A stretch of 64,000 nt of DNA, taken from positions 34,658,001-34,722,000 of the forward strand of contig CATNEN010000038.1 of NCBI GenBank assembly GCA_950097015.1, given 5' to 3'. The translations under genes and the position numbers were made by a program. The notes beneath the pieces were generated by a model, which did no database searches, was not told where the DNA came from, and saw nothing but the letters and a program-made list of their open reading frames with translations. Source of the DNA: Macrostomum hystrix. Lineage: Eukaryota > Animalia > Platyhelminthes. Position 1 is the first letter of the stretch. Each line of letters starts with the position of its first letter. Shown here piece after piece: positions 36,988 through 48,100 of the stretch.

Positions 36988-37780
36988 ACCTCTCTCCATC
37001 TCATCATTCTTCTACCCACCTCTCTCCATCTCATCATTCTTCTACTCACCTCTCTCCATCTCATCATTCTTCTACTCACCTCTCTCCATCTCATCATTCT
37101 TCTACTCACCTCTCTCCATCTCATCATTCTTCTACTCACCTCTCTCCATCTCATCATTCTTCTACTCACCTCTCTCCATCTCATCATTCTTCTACCCACC
37201 TCTCTCCATCTCATCATTCTTCTACCCACCTCTCTCCATCTCATCATTCTTCTACCCACCTCTCTCCATCTCATCATTCTTCTACCCACCTCTCTCCATC
37301 TCATCATTCTTCTACCCACCTCTCTCCATCTCATCATTCTTCTACCCACCTCTCTCCTCTCATCATTCTTCTACCCACCTCTCTCCATCTCATCATTCTT
37401 CTACCCACCTCTCTCCATCTCATCATTCTTCTACCCACCTCTCTCCATCTCATCATTCTTCTACCCACGTCTCACCATCTCACCTCTCCCTCTCCCACCT
37501 CTCCCTCTCTCACCTCACCCTCTCCCACCTCTCCCTCTCCCTCTCCCTCTCCCTCTCCCTCTCCCTCTCCCTCTCCCTCTCCCTCTCCCCTCTCACTCTG
37601 CTTCTCACTCTGCCTCTCACTCTCCCTCTCCCTCTCCCTCTCCCTCTCCCTCTCCCTCTCACTCTTCAAATATCTTATCTCACCTCTCCCTCTCCCACCT
37701 CTCCCTCTGCGTCTCCCTCTCCCTCTCCCTCTCCCTCTCCCCCTCCCCTCTCACTCTGCCTCTCACTCTCCCTCTCTCAG
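36988..37780. repeat. 30-bp (TCTCTCCATCTCATCATTCTTCTACYCACC)n array followed by (CTCTCC)n
   Basis: About 16 units, then a microsatellite. Confidence 0.95.
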
Positions 37781-38409
37781 TCCTTTCCCTCTGGTTTCTT
37801 GCACTATGCCGTGTTTTTTTCTTGCCCAGTCGCCCATTTGGTAAATCCTAATTTCGAATGTATTTTAGCTCTGAAGCGCAATTTCCTAGAAACCCTTCCT
37901 TCACGCTTGATTTGCTGAAACTGAAACTCCCAGCAAAAAGCCAGCGCATTGCTGAATAGGGTACGGCAGCCGGGCTTTCGCTATGGAAGTGTCAATCATT
38001 GTTTTATATGTCCAACGTGCAGTCGACAGATACAGGTTCCTATTGTTTGTCCATAATTTCTGTGAGTGTTATTGACAGAATCTGCACACAATGCGGCACT
38101 GTTCAACAGGAACTGCTGGAAATTATCTAAAACCGTATTGGGTGATGCTTTATGGCATCTTTTTAATTGCCAGTGTGAATTTCGAGTTTGTTGGCTGGTA
38201 GTCAAACTTTCCATTGAGCAAGTGCTACCAGAGGTTTGCTCAATTACTTCACACCGAGATTTAGGTTTCTGCTTTCAGAAACTTATTCTTATTATGCGTA
38301 ATGCACTGCTGCTGCTGCTGCTGTTGCTGATAAAAGTTATATATAAAAAGTAAAGGTAAAGGTAAAAGGTAAAGTTTAAAGGCCACCTCATTCTCTTCCG
38401 ATTTCACCT

Positions 38410-38880
38410 TTCTCCATCTCACCTCTCCCTATCTCACCTCTCCCCATCTCTTATCTCTCCCCATCTCTTATCTCTCGCCCCATCTCTTATCTCTCCCCCC
38501 ATCTCTTATCTCTCCCCCCATCTCTTATCTCTCCCCCATCTCTTATCTCTCCATATCTCACCTCTCCCCCATCTCTTATCTCTCCCATCTCTTATCTCTC
38601 CCATCTCTTATCTCTCCCATCTCTTATCTCTCCCATCTCTTATCTCTCCCATCTCTTATCTCTCCCCCATCTCTTATCTCTCCCCATTTCTTATCTCTCC
38701 CTATCTCACCTCTCCCCCATCTCTCACCTCTCCCCATCTCTTATCTCTCCCCATCTCTTATCTCTCCCCATTTCTTATCTCTCCCCATTTCTTATCTCTC
38801 CCCATCTCACCTCTCCCCCATCTCACCTCTCCCCCATCTCTTATCTCTCCCATCTCTTATCTCTCCCATCTCTTATCTCT
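38410..38880. repeat. (CCCATCTCTTATCTCT)n minisatellite, left part (LINE target)
   Basis: The same array resumes at 44256. Confidence 0.95.
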
Positions 38881-39403
38881 GGGGGCAAAGGCAACCTAAA
38901 CCGAGGGAATCTGTGACGGTTACCAGCTTTTCGCTTTCGTTTTTTTCGCGAAGAAGGGTTTCCCCCTTCTTCCCTTTCGCTTTTGCTGGTGACGGACGGT
39001 TTCCCCCCTGCTGTTTTTTTTTGCAGGGTAGGTGGCTGCTAAGCGTCTGACTGCTGACTAAGCGTCAGTCGCCCATCGACAGCCTGTGTTGCAACTGGTA
39101 CCACACGGGTTCACGAGCGCTGGCCCAGTAGGGGAGGGTGAGCGGTGCCGGCTGTCAACCCGACCTGGCACCGTTATCCCAAACCTGCCACCAGCCCCCG
39201 CCCCTGATTTTGCAGAGTGTGGACTGGGGGCCGCCCGAGCCTCGCAAGGGAGCAATCCCTACCGAAAGACGGCAACCCAAAGCCCAATGCTGTTTACCGC
39301 GGCGGAGGGTAGCTTCCTCGGAAGCTGGCTAGGGGTTTATCTAGCCCCCGACCGGTTACCCACCCATTTTTCTATATTTTTCGCCTCACCTTTCCAGCGC
39401 TGC

Positions 39404-40339
39404 ATGAGTACTACAACAAATCCTGACTCGGCTCGGGAGCCGTCAATTCCCGCGGACGGGGGTCCGTCTATCCCCCAACCCTCCAACCCGGAGGAAAACC
39501 CAACTGCCGCGAACGCCGCGGTAAACTCTCAGCTCCAACCCGGAGCACTCAACTCCACCCCCCTACGGGGTGAGCCCACCGTCGAAGACTACCGCCTCGT
39601 CACCCACCGACGGCCGAATAGGCCCAACGTGAAAAACTCGGAGCGGAAGAGGCAGCAGCCGGATGACCGCACCGCCACCCCCCTTGACCCGAAAAGAACA
39701 AAGGGCAAAGAGACCACCGGCTCGTACGCCAAGGTTGCGGCCGAGCCGAAGTTTAAAATCTGCATCCGCGCCGAAAGCGGAACGCTGAGCGAGACCCAGA
39801 CGACAGCTGCCACCAACAAGATCGACAGCTTCCTCTGGGACAATGACACACTCGACATTCAGATCGAGTCGATTCGCTACGCCAACGGCAATATCATCCT
39901 CACCTTTAAGGACGAGGCTTACCTGGAGAAGGCGCTCGCCTGCCTCCAGTGTATCGAGTGGGACCTCGACGACTTGGCCCTTCCCAAGATCGTCGTTGAG
40001 CGAGCCCGCCCCCCGCCACCGTGCAAGCGTTACCGAGCCTTCTACTCGGGCCCGAGAACTATCGAGGAGATCCGTGCGCGACTCCTCAGCAAACACCCCG
40101 ACCTACCGCAGGACGGAATCCGGGCCTTCAAGGAGGTCCCCGCCAAGGATGCAGCCGGCAAGACGCTCTACATGGGACTGTCTGCCGAATGGGAGGCCGC
40201 CCTGCAGAGGAGCGAGTTCGCCGTCTACATGGGAGCGTGGAAGGTCGTTTTCCACATCCTGTCCAGGCGCAGGCACACCGGCGGCGAGCGACGCCGAGGG
40301 GAATCCGAGAGCTCGGATGGCTCAGAGAACGATGCGTAA
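39404..40339 (+). CDS. LINE ORF1 (gag-like; DUF4780-like region suspected)
   Basis: First plausible ATG after a pyrimidine tract; disordered N-terminus, then [15 protein letters not shown]..., which resembles LOA-type ORF1 from memory. Confidence 0.75.
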   Translation: MSTTTNPDSAREPSIPADGGPSIPQPSNPEENPTAANAAVNSQLQPGALNSTPLRGEPTVEDYRLVTHRRPNRPNVKNSERKRQQPDDRTATPLDPKRTKGKETTGSYAKVAAEPKFKICIRAESGTLSETQTTAATNKIDSFLWDNDTLDIQIESIRYANGNIILTFKDEAYLEKALACLQCIEWDLDDLALPKIVVERARPPPPCKRYRAFYSGPRTIEEIRARLLSKHPDLPQDGIRAFKEVPAKDAAGKTLYMGLSAEWEAALQRSEFAVYMGAWKVVFHILSRRRHTGGERRRGESESSDGSENDA

Positions 40340-40369
40340 GCATGTTCTCAGCATCATGCCATCTGAAAC

Positions 40370-43300
40370 ATGATGAGGCGTGATCGTCTGAGGGCGGGTC
40401 CCACGGGCCAGCCCAGTGATGATCTTTCAACACGCAATACTACCAGTAATACACTTTCTTCGCTTACTGGTAACGCGCTAAATCTGCACATTGTCCAGAT
40501 CAACCTGCATCATGCAACTGCAGCCTCAAATAATCTAACCGGCGTCTTCGATGGAAAAGACGTTGATATCTACCTCATTCAGGAACCATATACCCGCAGA
40601 GGCAAGCCGGCCTGTTTGCCAAACGGGTACCAAACCCTTTATTATTGTACCGATGAAACTCCTAGGGCTATTGCCCTCGTGAAAAGTGACATACCAGTCA
40701 CCATGATGCCCATGTACTGCTCTAAGGACATATGTACCTTCGCTGCTTTCGACGTAATTCTGGCGTCTGCCTACCTAGACATCCAGGAGGAGGTCCCGCC
40801 ACCACGCTTGCAAGAGCTGGCTGACTTCTGCAACCTGGAGAACAGGAAGCTCATCATTAGCTGTGATGCCAATGCCCACAACACTGCATGGTCCAGCAGT
40901 GACACAAACAGGAGAGGTGACCTGCTCATTGATTTCATTAACGCCTCTACCATGCATATCTGCAACAGAGGCAGAAAGCCCACCTTTGTTATTTCTAACA
41001 GACGTGATGTTATAGACCTAACCTTGGCCTCTAGTAACGCCCTGAACCATGTCCAGAACTGGATGGTCAGGGACGACATACCCTCGCTCTCGGATCACTC
41101 GTACATTCAGTACCGAATCTCCGCCGAAGGATCCCGCCTGCCCTGCGCCGACCGCCCCAACCTGAAGAAGGCTGATTGGCCCGGGTTCCGCAGAGACCTA
41201 AGCAACCTCCTGGCCGAGGCAACCGAGGCCCTGCAGGGAACTGATCTGCCCAGCATCGAAAACCGCTGCAATACTCTCACTAACCTGTTACATACCGCCA
41301 TTCGTGAAAACGCCCCCAAGGTAAAGCACAGGAAGAAATATTCGCCCTGGTGGAACCCCGAGCTCACCCGCTTGAAAAAGACCTCGCGCCGGCTGCAACG
41401 CCTTGCGCACAGCAGCAACACCCCGGTGGACTGGGAGAACTACCACTCTGCCCTAAGGATCTACAAAAGCAGCATCCAACGGGCGAAGAAGAACACCTGG
41501 AAGGCCTACTGTGCCAGCCTGGAGGGTCAGCACCCTACGGCACGGCTGATCAGGTCACTCAGGCACGACAACCTCGCTCAGTGCAACTCTCTCCTGCATC
41601 TGGACGGTAACTACACCAGCACCGCAGAAGAATCCTTAAATCTGTTATTCTCTACCTGTTTTCCACAGGTTGAAAACCCCGAAAATGTGGTGAACGACCA
41701 CAGACCACAGGATCGCGACCTCTTTCAGCAATGCGCCTCGCCGAGCCTGCTGGGGCTAGCGGCTGACTCCTTTAAGCCTTTTAAGGCCCCAGGCCCGGAC
41801 AAGATCAGCCCCTGTATCCTACAGGAGGCGCTTAAACTTCAGAGTTTCTCTGAAGCTCTCTCAAAATTGATCATTGACTGTTTTGTTACAGGCTACATAC
41901 CTACCACCTGGAGAACCTCCAGGGTTGTCTTCATCCCCAAACCTGCGAAGGGCGACTATACCAACGTGAAATCTTTCCGCCCCATTAGCCTCACCTCCTT
42001 CTGCGTCAAGCTGATGGAAAGGCTCATTCTATGGAGGCTCCGAGACTGCGACCTGCGGTCAGCCCCCATTAGTAAGTACCAGTTCGCTTTCCAACCTGGT
42101 AAAACTACCGAGCACGCGCTCCATGTTATTACTTCTGCTATTGAGAAAGCCATCCTTAGCAAGCAACTCGCTCTCGGGCTGTTTGTTGATATCGAAGGGG
42201 CCTTTGACAACGTCAACTTTGGCTCCTTCAGAGATACCCTTTCAGACAGAGGCGTCAGACCCAGCATAACTCGCTGGATCGACTTCATGATCCGCAACAG
42301 ATCCGTTACCTCCACGCTCATGAACATCACCTGCACCCGCGCAGTGATGAAAGGTGGCGCCCAGGGCGGTGTGCTTACCCCGCTGCTCTGGAACCTCGTC
42401 ATGGACGAGCTCCTGACGGCTGATGTACCTAGCAGTGTCACCAGGGCCGGCTATGCCGATGACGTCGCCGCGGTGGTCAGCGGGCCAGACACCAGCACCC
42501 TGCGTAACCTGCTACAGCAATTCGCCAACAAGGCAGGAAACTGGGCCACCCAGCATGGCCTCAAAATCAGCGTCACCAAGACGGTAGCAATTGTCTTCAC
42601 TCGAAAACGTAAGTGGGACATGCAAAACCTCACCATGTATGGTAGGAACATCCCTTTCGAAAAGGAAACCAAGTACCTAGGTGTAACGCTCACGCACGAT
42701 CTGCGCTGGACAAAACACCTTGGAAACATCATCGGACGAGCAAAACGCTGCTTCGCCCAAGTTCGTAGGGCCATTGGACCGACCTGGGGCCTCACCCCGA
42801 GAACGGTCCGCTGGATCTACACCGGTATCATTAGACCGAGTATTACGTATGCGAGCCTCATCTGGTCCAGCGTACTGGAACAGAAAACCGCCCGCGACCG
42901 ACTCTACCAGCTGCAGGGCAGCATCTGCCGTGCCATTGCAGGTGCGTACCCCTCCACCCCATACGAGGGCCTTAATACTATCTTAAACATGCCTCCGCTC
43001 TATTTGTTTATTAGGGCGGAGGCTATGAAGTGCGCCTACCGGCTTATCTGCGATAAATCCATTAAGAATACGCCAACCGGATTTATTCCTGACAAATCTC
43101 TCATTCCGCATCTGGACTATGTCCGCCGTGACCTTGCACACATCCACATCGACCCCAACGATGTGGATAGCCAGCCTCCCTCCCTCATCCTCAGGAGGGG
43201 TTTTAGCGCCGTCATCCCTGACCGTGGTAGCACTCAGCTGGACGTCGGCGTAAACCAGCGCAGCCAGGGTATCCACTGCTTTACCGATGGCTCGCTGAGC

Positions 43301-44169
43301 AACGGCCTAGCCGGAGCAGGCATTGCCATCTTCCATGAGGGTAAGGCGCTCCTTCAGGAGAGCCTTCACCTTGGTGAGAACACGTCGGTCTTCCAAGCCG
43401 AAATCTACGCCATTAACCAATGCGCCAAACACCTCCTCAATGCCAACGTCAGCAGATTCAACATCTGCATCTATTCTGACAGTCAAGCCGCCCTCAAGGC
43501 TCTGTCTGCCGTCAAACTCTCCACTCGGACGGTCTCTGACTGCCACCGAGACCTGCAGTCACTCGCGGTCCTTAACAGGATCAGCCTAATCTGGATCCCA
43601 GGCCACAGCAACATCCTTGGCAACGAACTCGCGGACAAACTCGCCAAGGCAGCAACCCGGACAACAACCACCGCCCGATCAGGGTACCGGTACCTAAATC
43701 CCTCATCAACCGCACTGTTGACAGGTGGCTAAATCAGCAACACCAGCTCCACTGGAGTAGCTGCACCGACTATAGGCAGACCCGTATGGCCATGCCGATC
43801 ATTAACCGAAAAGTCTCTGACTTTTTGATTTCACTTAATAGAACTGACCTCAGGGAGATGTGCATGGTCATCACGGGCCATGGCTTCTTCCAGAGACACA
43901 TTTCGCTACAAACTGGCTGCTCCCCCACCTGTCCCTTCTGTGGCATAGGTAAAGAAACCGCTGCGCATCACGTGACATTCTGCCCCTACTTCGATAAGGC
44001 GCGCAACTGGCACCTCGGCCACCCGCAAGGGATGGACGAACTGACCACTCCGGACAACATCCGAGACCTTCGCGCCTTCGTCCGTGACACCGGCCGGATG
44101 AAGGTCGCCGACGCCTCCCCGGCGAACCTGCCGACTGCTGGCGTGGGGTGGGCGCACCCCCAAGGCTGA
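40370..44169 (+). CDS. LINE ORF2: AP endonuclease, reverse transcriptase, RNase H, C-terminal CCHC; one frameshift near 43675
   Basis: QINLHH, IQEPY, DANAH, IDLTL, SDH (APE); KAPGPD, FRPISL, DIEGAFD, QGGVLTP, YADD, YLGV (RT); FTDGS, AEIYAI, SDSQAAL, WIPGH..GNELAD (RNase H). The shifted frame continues RVPVPKSL...TGHG...CPFC..ETAAH..CP to 44169. Confidence 0.92.
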
Positions 44170-44255
44170 GGCCACCTTCCTTTTACCTTGGGGTTGCGAT
44201 AGGGGCCTCGCGGCCTATTCGCGGCGTCTCGCCCCCCGCCAGTAGTAAGTAAGTA

Positions 44256-44818
44256 TCTCTTATCTCTCCCATGTCTTATCTCTCCCATCTCTTATCTCTC
44301 CCATCTCTTATCTCTCCCCCATCTCTTATCTCTCCCCATTTCTTATCTCTCCCTATCTCACCTCTCCCCCATTTCTCACCTCTCCCCATCTCTTATCTCT
44401 CCCCATCTCTTATCTCTCCCCATCTCTTATCTCTCCCCATTTCTTATCTCTCTCCATTTCTTATCTCTCCCCATCTCACCTCTCCTCCATCTCACCTCTC
44501 CCCCATCTCTTATCTCTCCCATCTCTTATCTCTCCCATCTCTTATCTCTCCCATCTCTTATCTCTCCCATCTCTTATCTCTCCCATCTCTTATCTCTCCC
44601 CCATCTCTTATCTCTCCCCATTTCTTATCTCTCCCTATCTCACCTCTCCCCCATCTCTCACCTCTCCCCATCTCTTATCTCTCCCCATCTCTTATCTCTC
44701 CCCATTTCTTATCTCTCCCCATCTCTTATCTCTCCCCATCTAACCTCTCCCCCATCTCTTATCTCTCCCCATTTCTTATCTCTCCCCATCTCTTATCTCT
44801 CCCCATCTCACCTCTCCA
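44256..44818. repeat. (CCCATCTCTTATCTCT)n minisatellite, right part
   Basis: Continuation of 38410-38880. Confidence 0.95.
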
Positions 44819-45101
44819 AATCTTGACAAGCTGTGCTTTAAGCAGGGTTAGCGTACACACTTCATTTTATGAGGCTAACTCATTTTATCTGATGGGTACA
44901 AAAAGCACAAATAGCAGAGGTTCAATACACAGAGGCATTTCTATTTCTAGAGCACGGACCTCGCGAAATAAAATATCGTGTAGCTCTATATTGACAAAAC
45001 AAAGCCAAAAAGACAGGTAATAAAAAATAATTGATCTCTTTTAAACCACTGGGATCTTCAACCTAAAATTTATCTAAACTTCAATAAAAAGTCTGCATTG
45101 A

Positions 45102-48100
45102 CTATCTCGCATTCTCCAGCCTCACTAATGCAGCCCCTATCAACTGTCGGTTGTTACCCCGCAGTCTCGCAGCCGACGCTCGCAGGAACCAATAGACCCG
45201 CCTGTGGGCCACTTTGCCGCGACGAATTTTACTAGGACAGAAAGCTTGAGTTGAACCAGCGCCTTGAACCATTCGATTATTGTTGCCACTGTCTGGCGCC
45301 AAACTGAGCGATGCTTGTACACACACGTCCTGCTGCCTGCCGACTTTGTCGCCAGTGCCAGTGACATCCCGGATGCCGACTGCGCCTTGCGGACTCACAT
45401 CTGGCGTAGTTTCTGATTTGAAGACAAATTTACTCGCGTTGGTATTTTCGCGTTCAAAAATTCTTCTTTTCTTCTCTCATTTCTTCTCCCATTCTTCTAT
45501 CACCTCTCTCCCTCTCACCTCTCTCCCTCTCACCTCTCTCCATCTCATCTCTCCCTCTCCCTCTCACCTCTCTCCCTCTCATCTCTCCCTCTCCCATCCT
45601 TCTCTCACCTCTCTCCCTCTCTCATCTCTCCCTCTCACCTCTCTCCATCTCATCTCTCCCTCTCCCTCTCACCTCTCTCCCTCTCATCTCTCCCTCTCCC
45701 ATCCTTCTCTCACCTCTCTCCCTCTCTCACCTCTCTCCCTCTCTCATCTCTCCCTCTCCCATCCTTCTCTCACCTCTCTCCCTCTCTCACCTCTCTCCCT
45801 CTCTCATCTCTCCCTCTCCCATCCTTCTCTAACCTCTCTCCCTCTCCCATCCTTCTCTCACCTCTCTCCCTACTCTCACCTCTCTCTCTCAACTTTCCCT
45901 CTCTCATATTTCGCTCTCTCATCTTTCTCTCATTTCTATAGGCCGATGAGATCAATATTGATCTGAGTATGTTAGGCTGCTCTCGTTAAACCCGTAGTTC
46001 TGCCATACGACACCAAAATAGATTCCCCACTGGCTGAGGTCTGGCAGTAGTAATGCATTTGTAATAAATCCTAATAGGTAAGATTATCTAGGAGCTATTA
46101 CACCAAAGCTACGAGCGTACTCCCAGGCCAAACCTGATAACCTAATGATGGATGTTTAGTACATCCATCAGTCAGTGTAAATGTATGTTTACAGGCTCAC
46201 CTAATCTACAACGTCCATGATCTTCATCTAGTGAGACGCTGACAGTGGTGTTGCAAATTGTGTAATACGACTCGCTATCAATTGATTTCCTGTCAGTGCG
46301 ACGTCGTCGAGTTCTAGCCGACGCTTTACTCGAAGCTTGTTGAGAAGCCGTCATACAGCTTGACGAGTGGACACTGCCGACATGTTCCTTGTCGCTAGAT
46401 GGTTCCGTCTGAGTAAAGTAGACGCTGCAGTTGTCGCTGTGTTCAACAATACTCTGACCGACGTGGCTGCTAGGCTCTTGGAGAAGTGAACGAAGCCCGG
46501 ACCACCTAAGCATCAGGTTCTGGCGCCAATCAACTACACTGCTAGAGGGGCCGGACGGTTTACATCACGATTAGAAGACGGTCGGTAATAGGACTCAAAC
46601 TCAGACTCAAACAGCCATTCGATAAAGAATTGACAACATTATTTGAGAGAAAAAGTTTATAGACTTGTAGTCTGGCTTGTTGGTGCGCGTGCACTTAGAT
46701 GTGCACGCGCGGCTTGTTTGGGGTGGGGGGTTTAGCGCTGCAGCGTGCGTTCGCTTAGGGTGGTTGCACCCACCCCAACTTTGCCGTTAAATATATTTGC
46801 GTGAGCCAGTGAGGGCTCCTGGCGTGATTGTTATGTTCTACAACTTAACCCACGGTCTTACACTGGTGGCAGCGGTCTCACTATGGCCAAATCAGAGCAA
46901 GCCAGTCTATTGCCTTCAAAGTTTAGCGGCGACTCCAACGTGAGAACGTGGCTCAGCACGTTTGAGGACTTCGCCGACGACTGCGAATGGGACGACAAGA
47001 AGAAGGCAAAGAAGCTGAGACTGCTGGTGACAGGAGAAGCACAAATCTTCGTCTGGGAGCAGCCAGAAGACGTGTCAGCCAGCTATGAAAAGCTGAAGGA
47101 GAAGCTGATCGAGTGCTTTGGCAACAGTCTAAGCTGCTACAGAGCAATGGAGGACTTTGAAGAGCGTAAGCGACAGCCTAACGAGTCGCTGAGGGAGCTG
47201 GCCTACAGCCTGAAGCTTCTCCACCTTCGGGCCCGCCCGGACGACTCCGTGGCGGCTCGGGAAAAGGACGTAAAGTTTCGCCTGATGCGCCTCCTGCCAT
47301 CTGCCGTGCGAGATGCGCTGTTGAAGGACCAGGACGTGGACTCGTGTTCGCTGGCCGCCATCGTCGACAGAGCTGCGCGGCTTGAGCTGGTGAGCCACGC
47401 GACTACAGCCTCATCAGCTGCGGTGTCAGTGGAACATAGACGGCTGAGCCAGCTGGAGCAGCAGATGCAGCAACTGACAGCCAGCGTGCGAGCGGGACCA
47501 CCCGGAAGAGACAGGCGTCAGAAGGGACCCATTAAGTGCTTCAGCTGCGGCGAGCTGGGTCACATCGCTAGGCGGTGCCCAAAGGCGACCGGCATCCGCT
47601 GCAGCCGGTGCTCAGGCAAAGGTCACTCCGCCGCGGTGTGCCCGACACCAACTGGACAGCCGCAGGGAAACTTCTGAGGGTCGGCAGCCTGGGGCCAGCA
47701 CCGACCCGCTAAAAAGTTCTATTCGACGCGCGGCCTGATGCAATTCTGCAAGATGGGCTTCGGTATGTGCAACGCCCCGGCGACGTTCCAGCGGCTCATG
47801 GAGCTTGTGATGTCCGGCCTGTCTTCGGAGTCCGTGCTGACTTACATCGAGGACATCATTGTCTTCAGAAGGACGTTCGACGACCACTTAGAGAGGCTGG
47901 CGGAAGTTTTCAAGCGGTTGCGAGACGCGGGACTCAAGCTGCACAAGGCCAAGAGCGCGTTCGGTCATCGCCGGGTGCTGTACCTGGGACACCTGATCAG
48001 CGAGCAGGGCATCGCACCGGATCCCGGCAAGGTCGAGGCCATTCGCAGCATGCCCAGCCCAACAACGACCGAGGAGGTGAAGCGGTTCCTCGGAATGTTG

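Larger units (their letters stand above)
38881..44255 (+). mobile_element. Full-length non-LTR retrotransposon (LOA/R1-like, RNase H-containing)
   Basis: Sharp GC-rich insertion splitting a minisatellite; 5'UTR, ORF1, ORF2 (APE-RT-RNase H-Zn knuckle), short 3'UTR and AGTAAGTAAGTA tail; TCTCTTATCTCT on both sides (TSD-like, but ambiguous inside a repeat). Confidence 0.93.

Noticed and set aside
28769-45966. Ser/Pro/Leu- and Glu/Arg-rich ORFs over polypyrimidine tracts
   Set aside because: Stop-free by composition only
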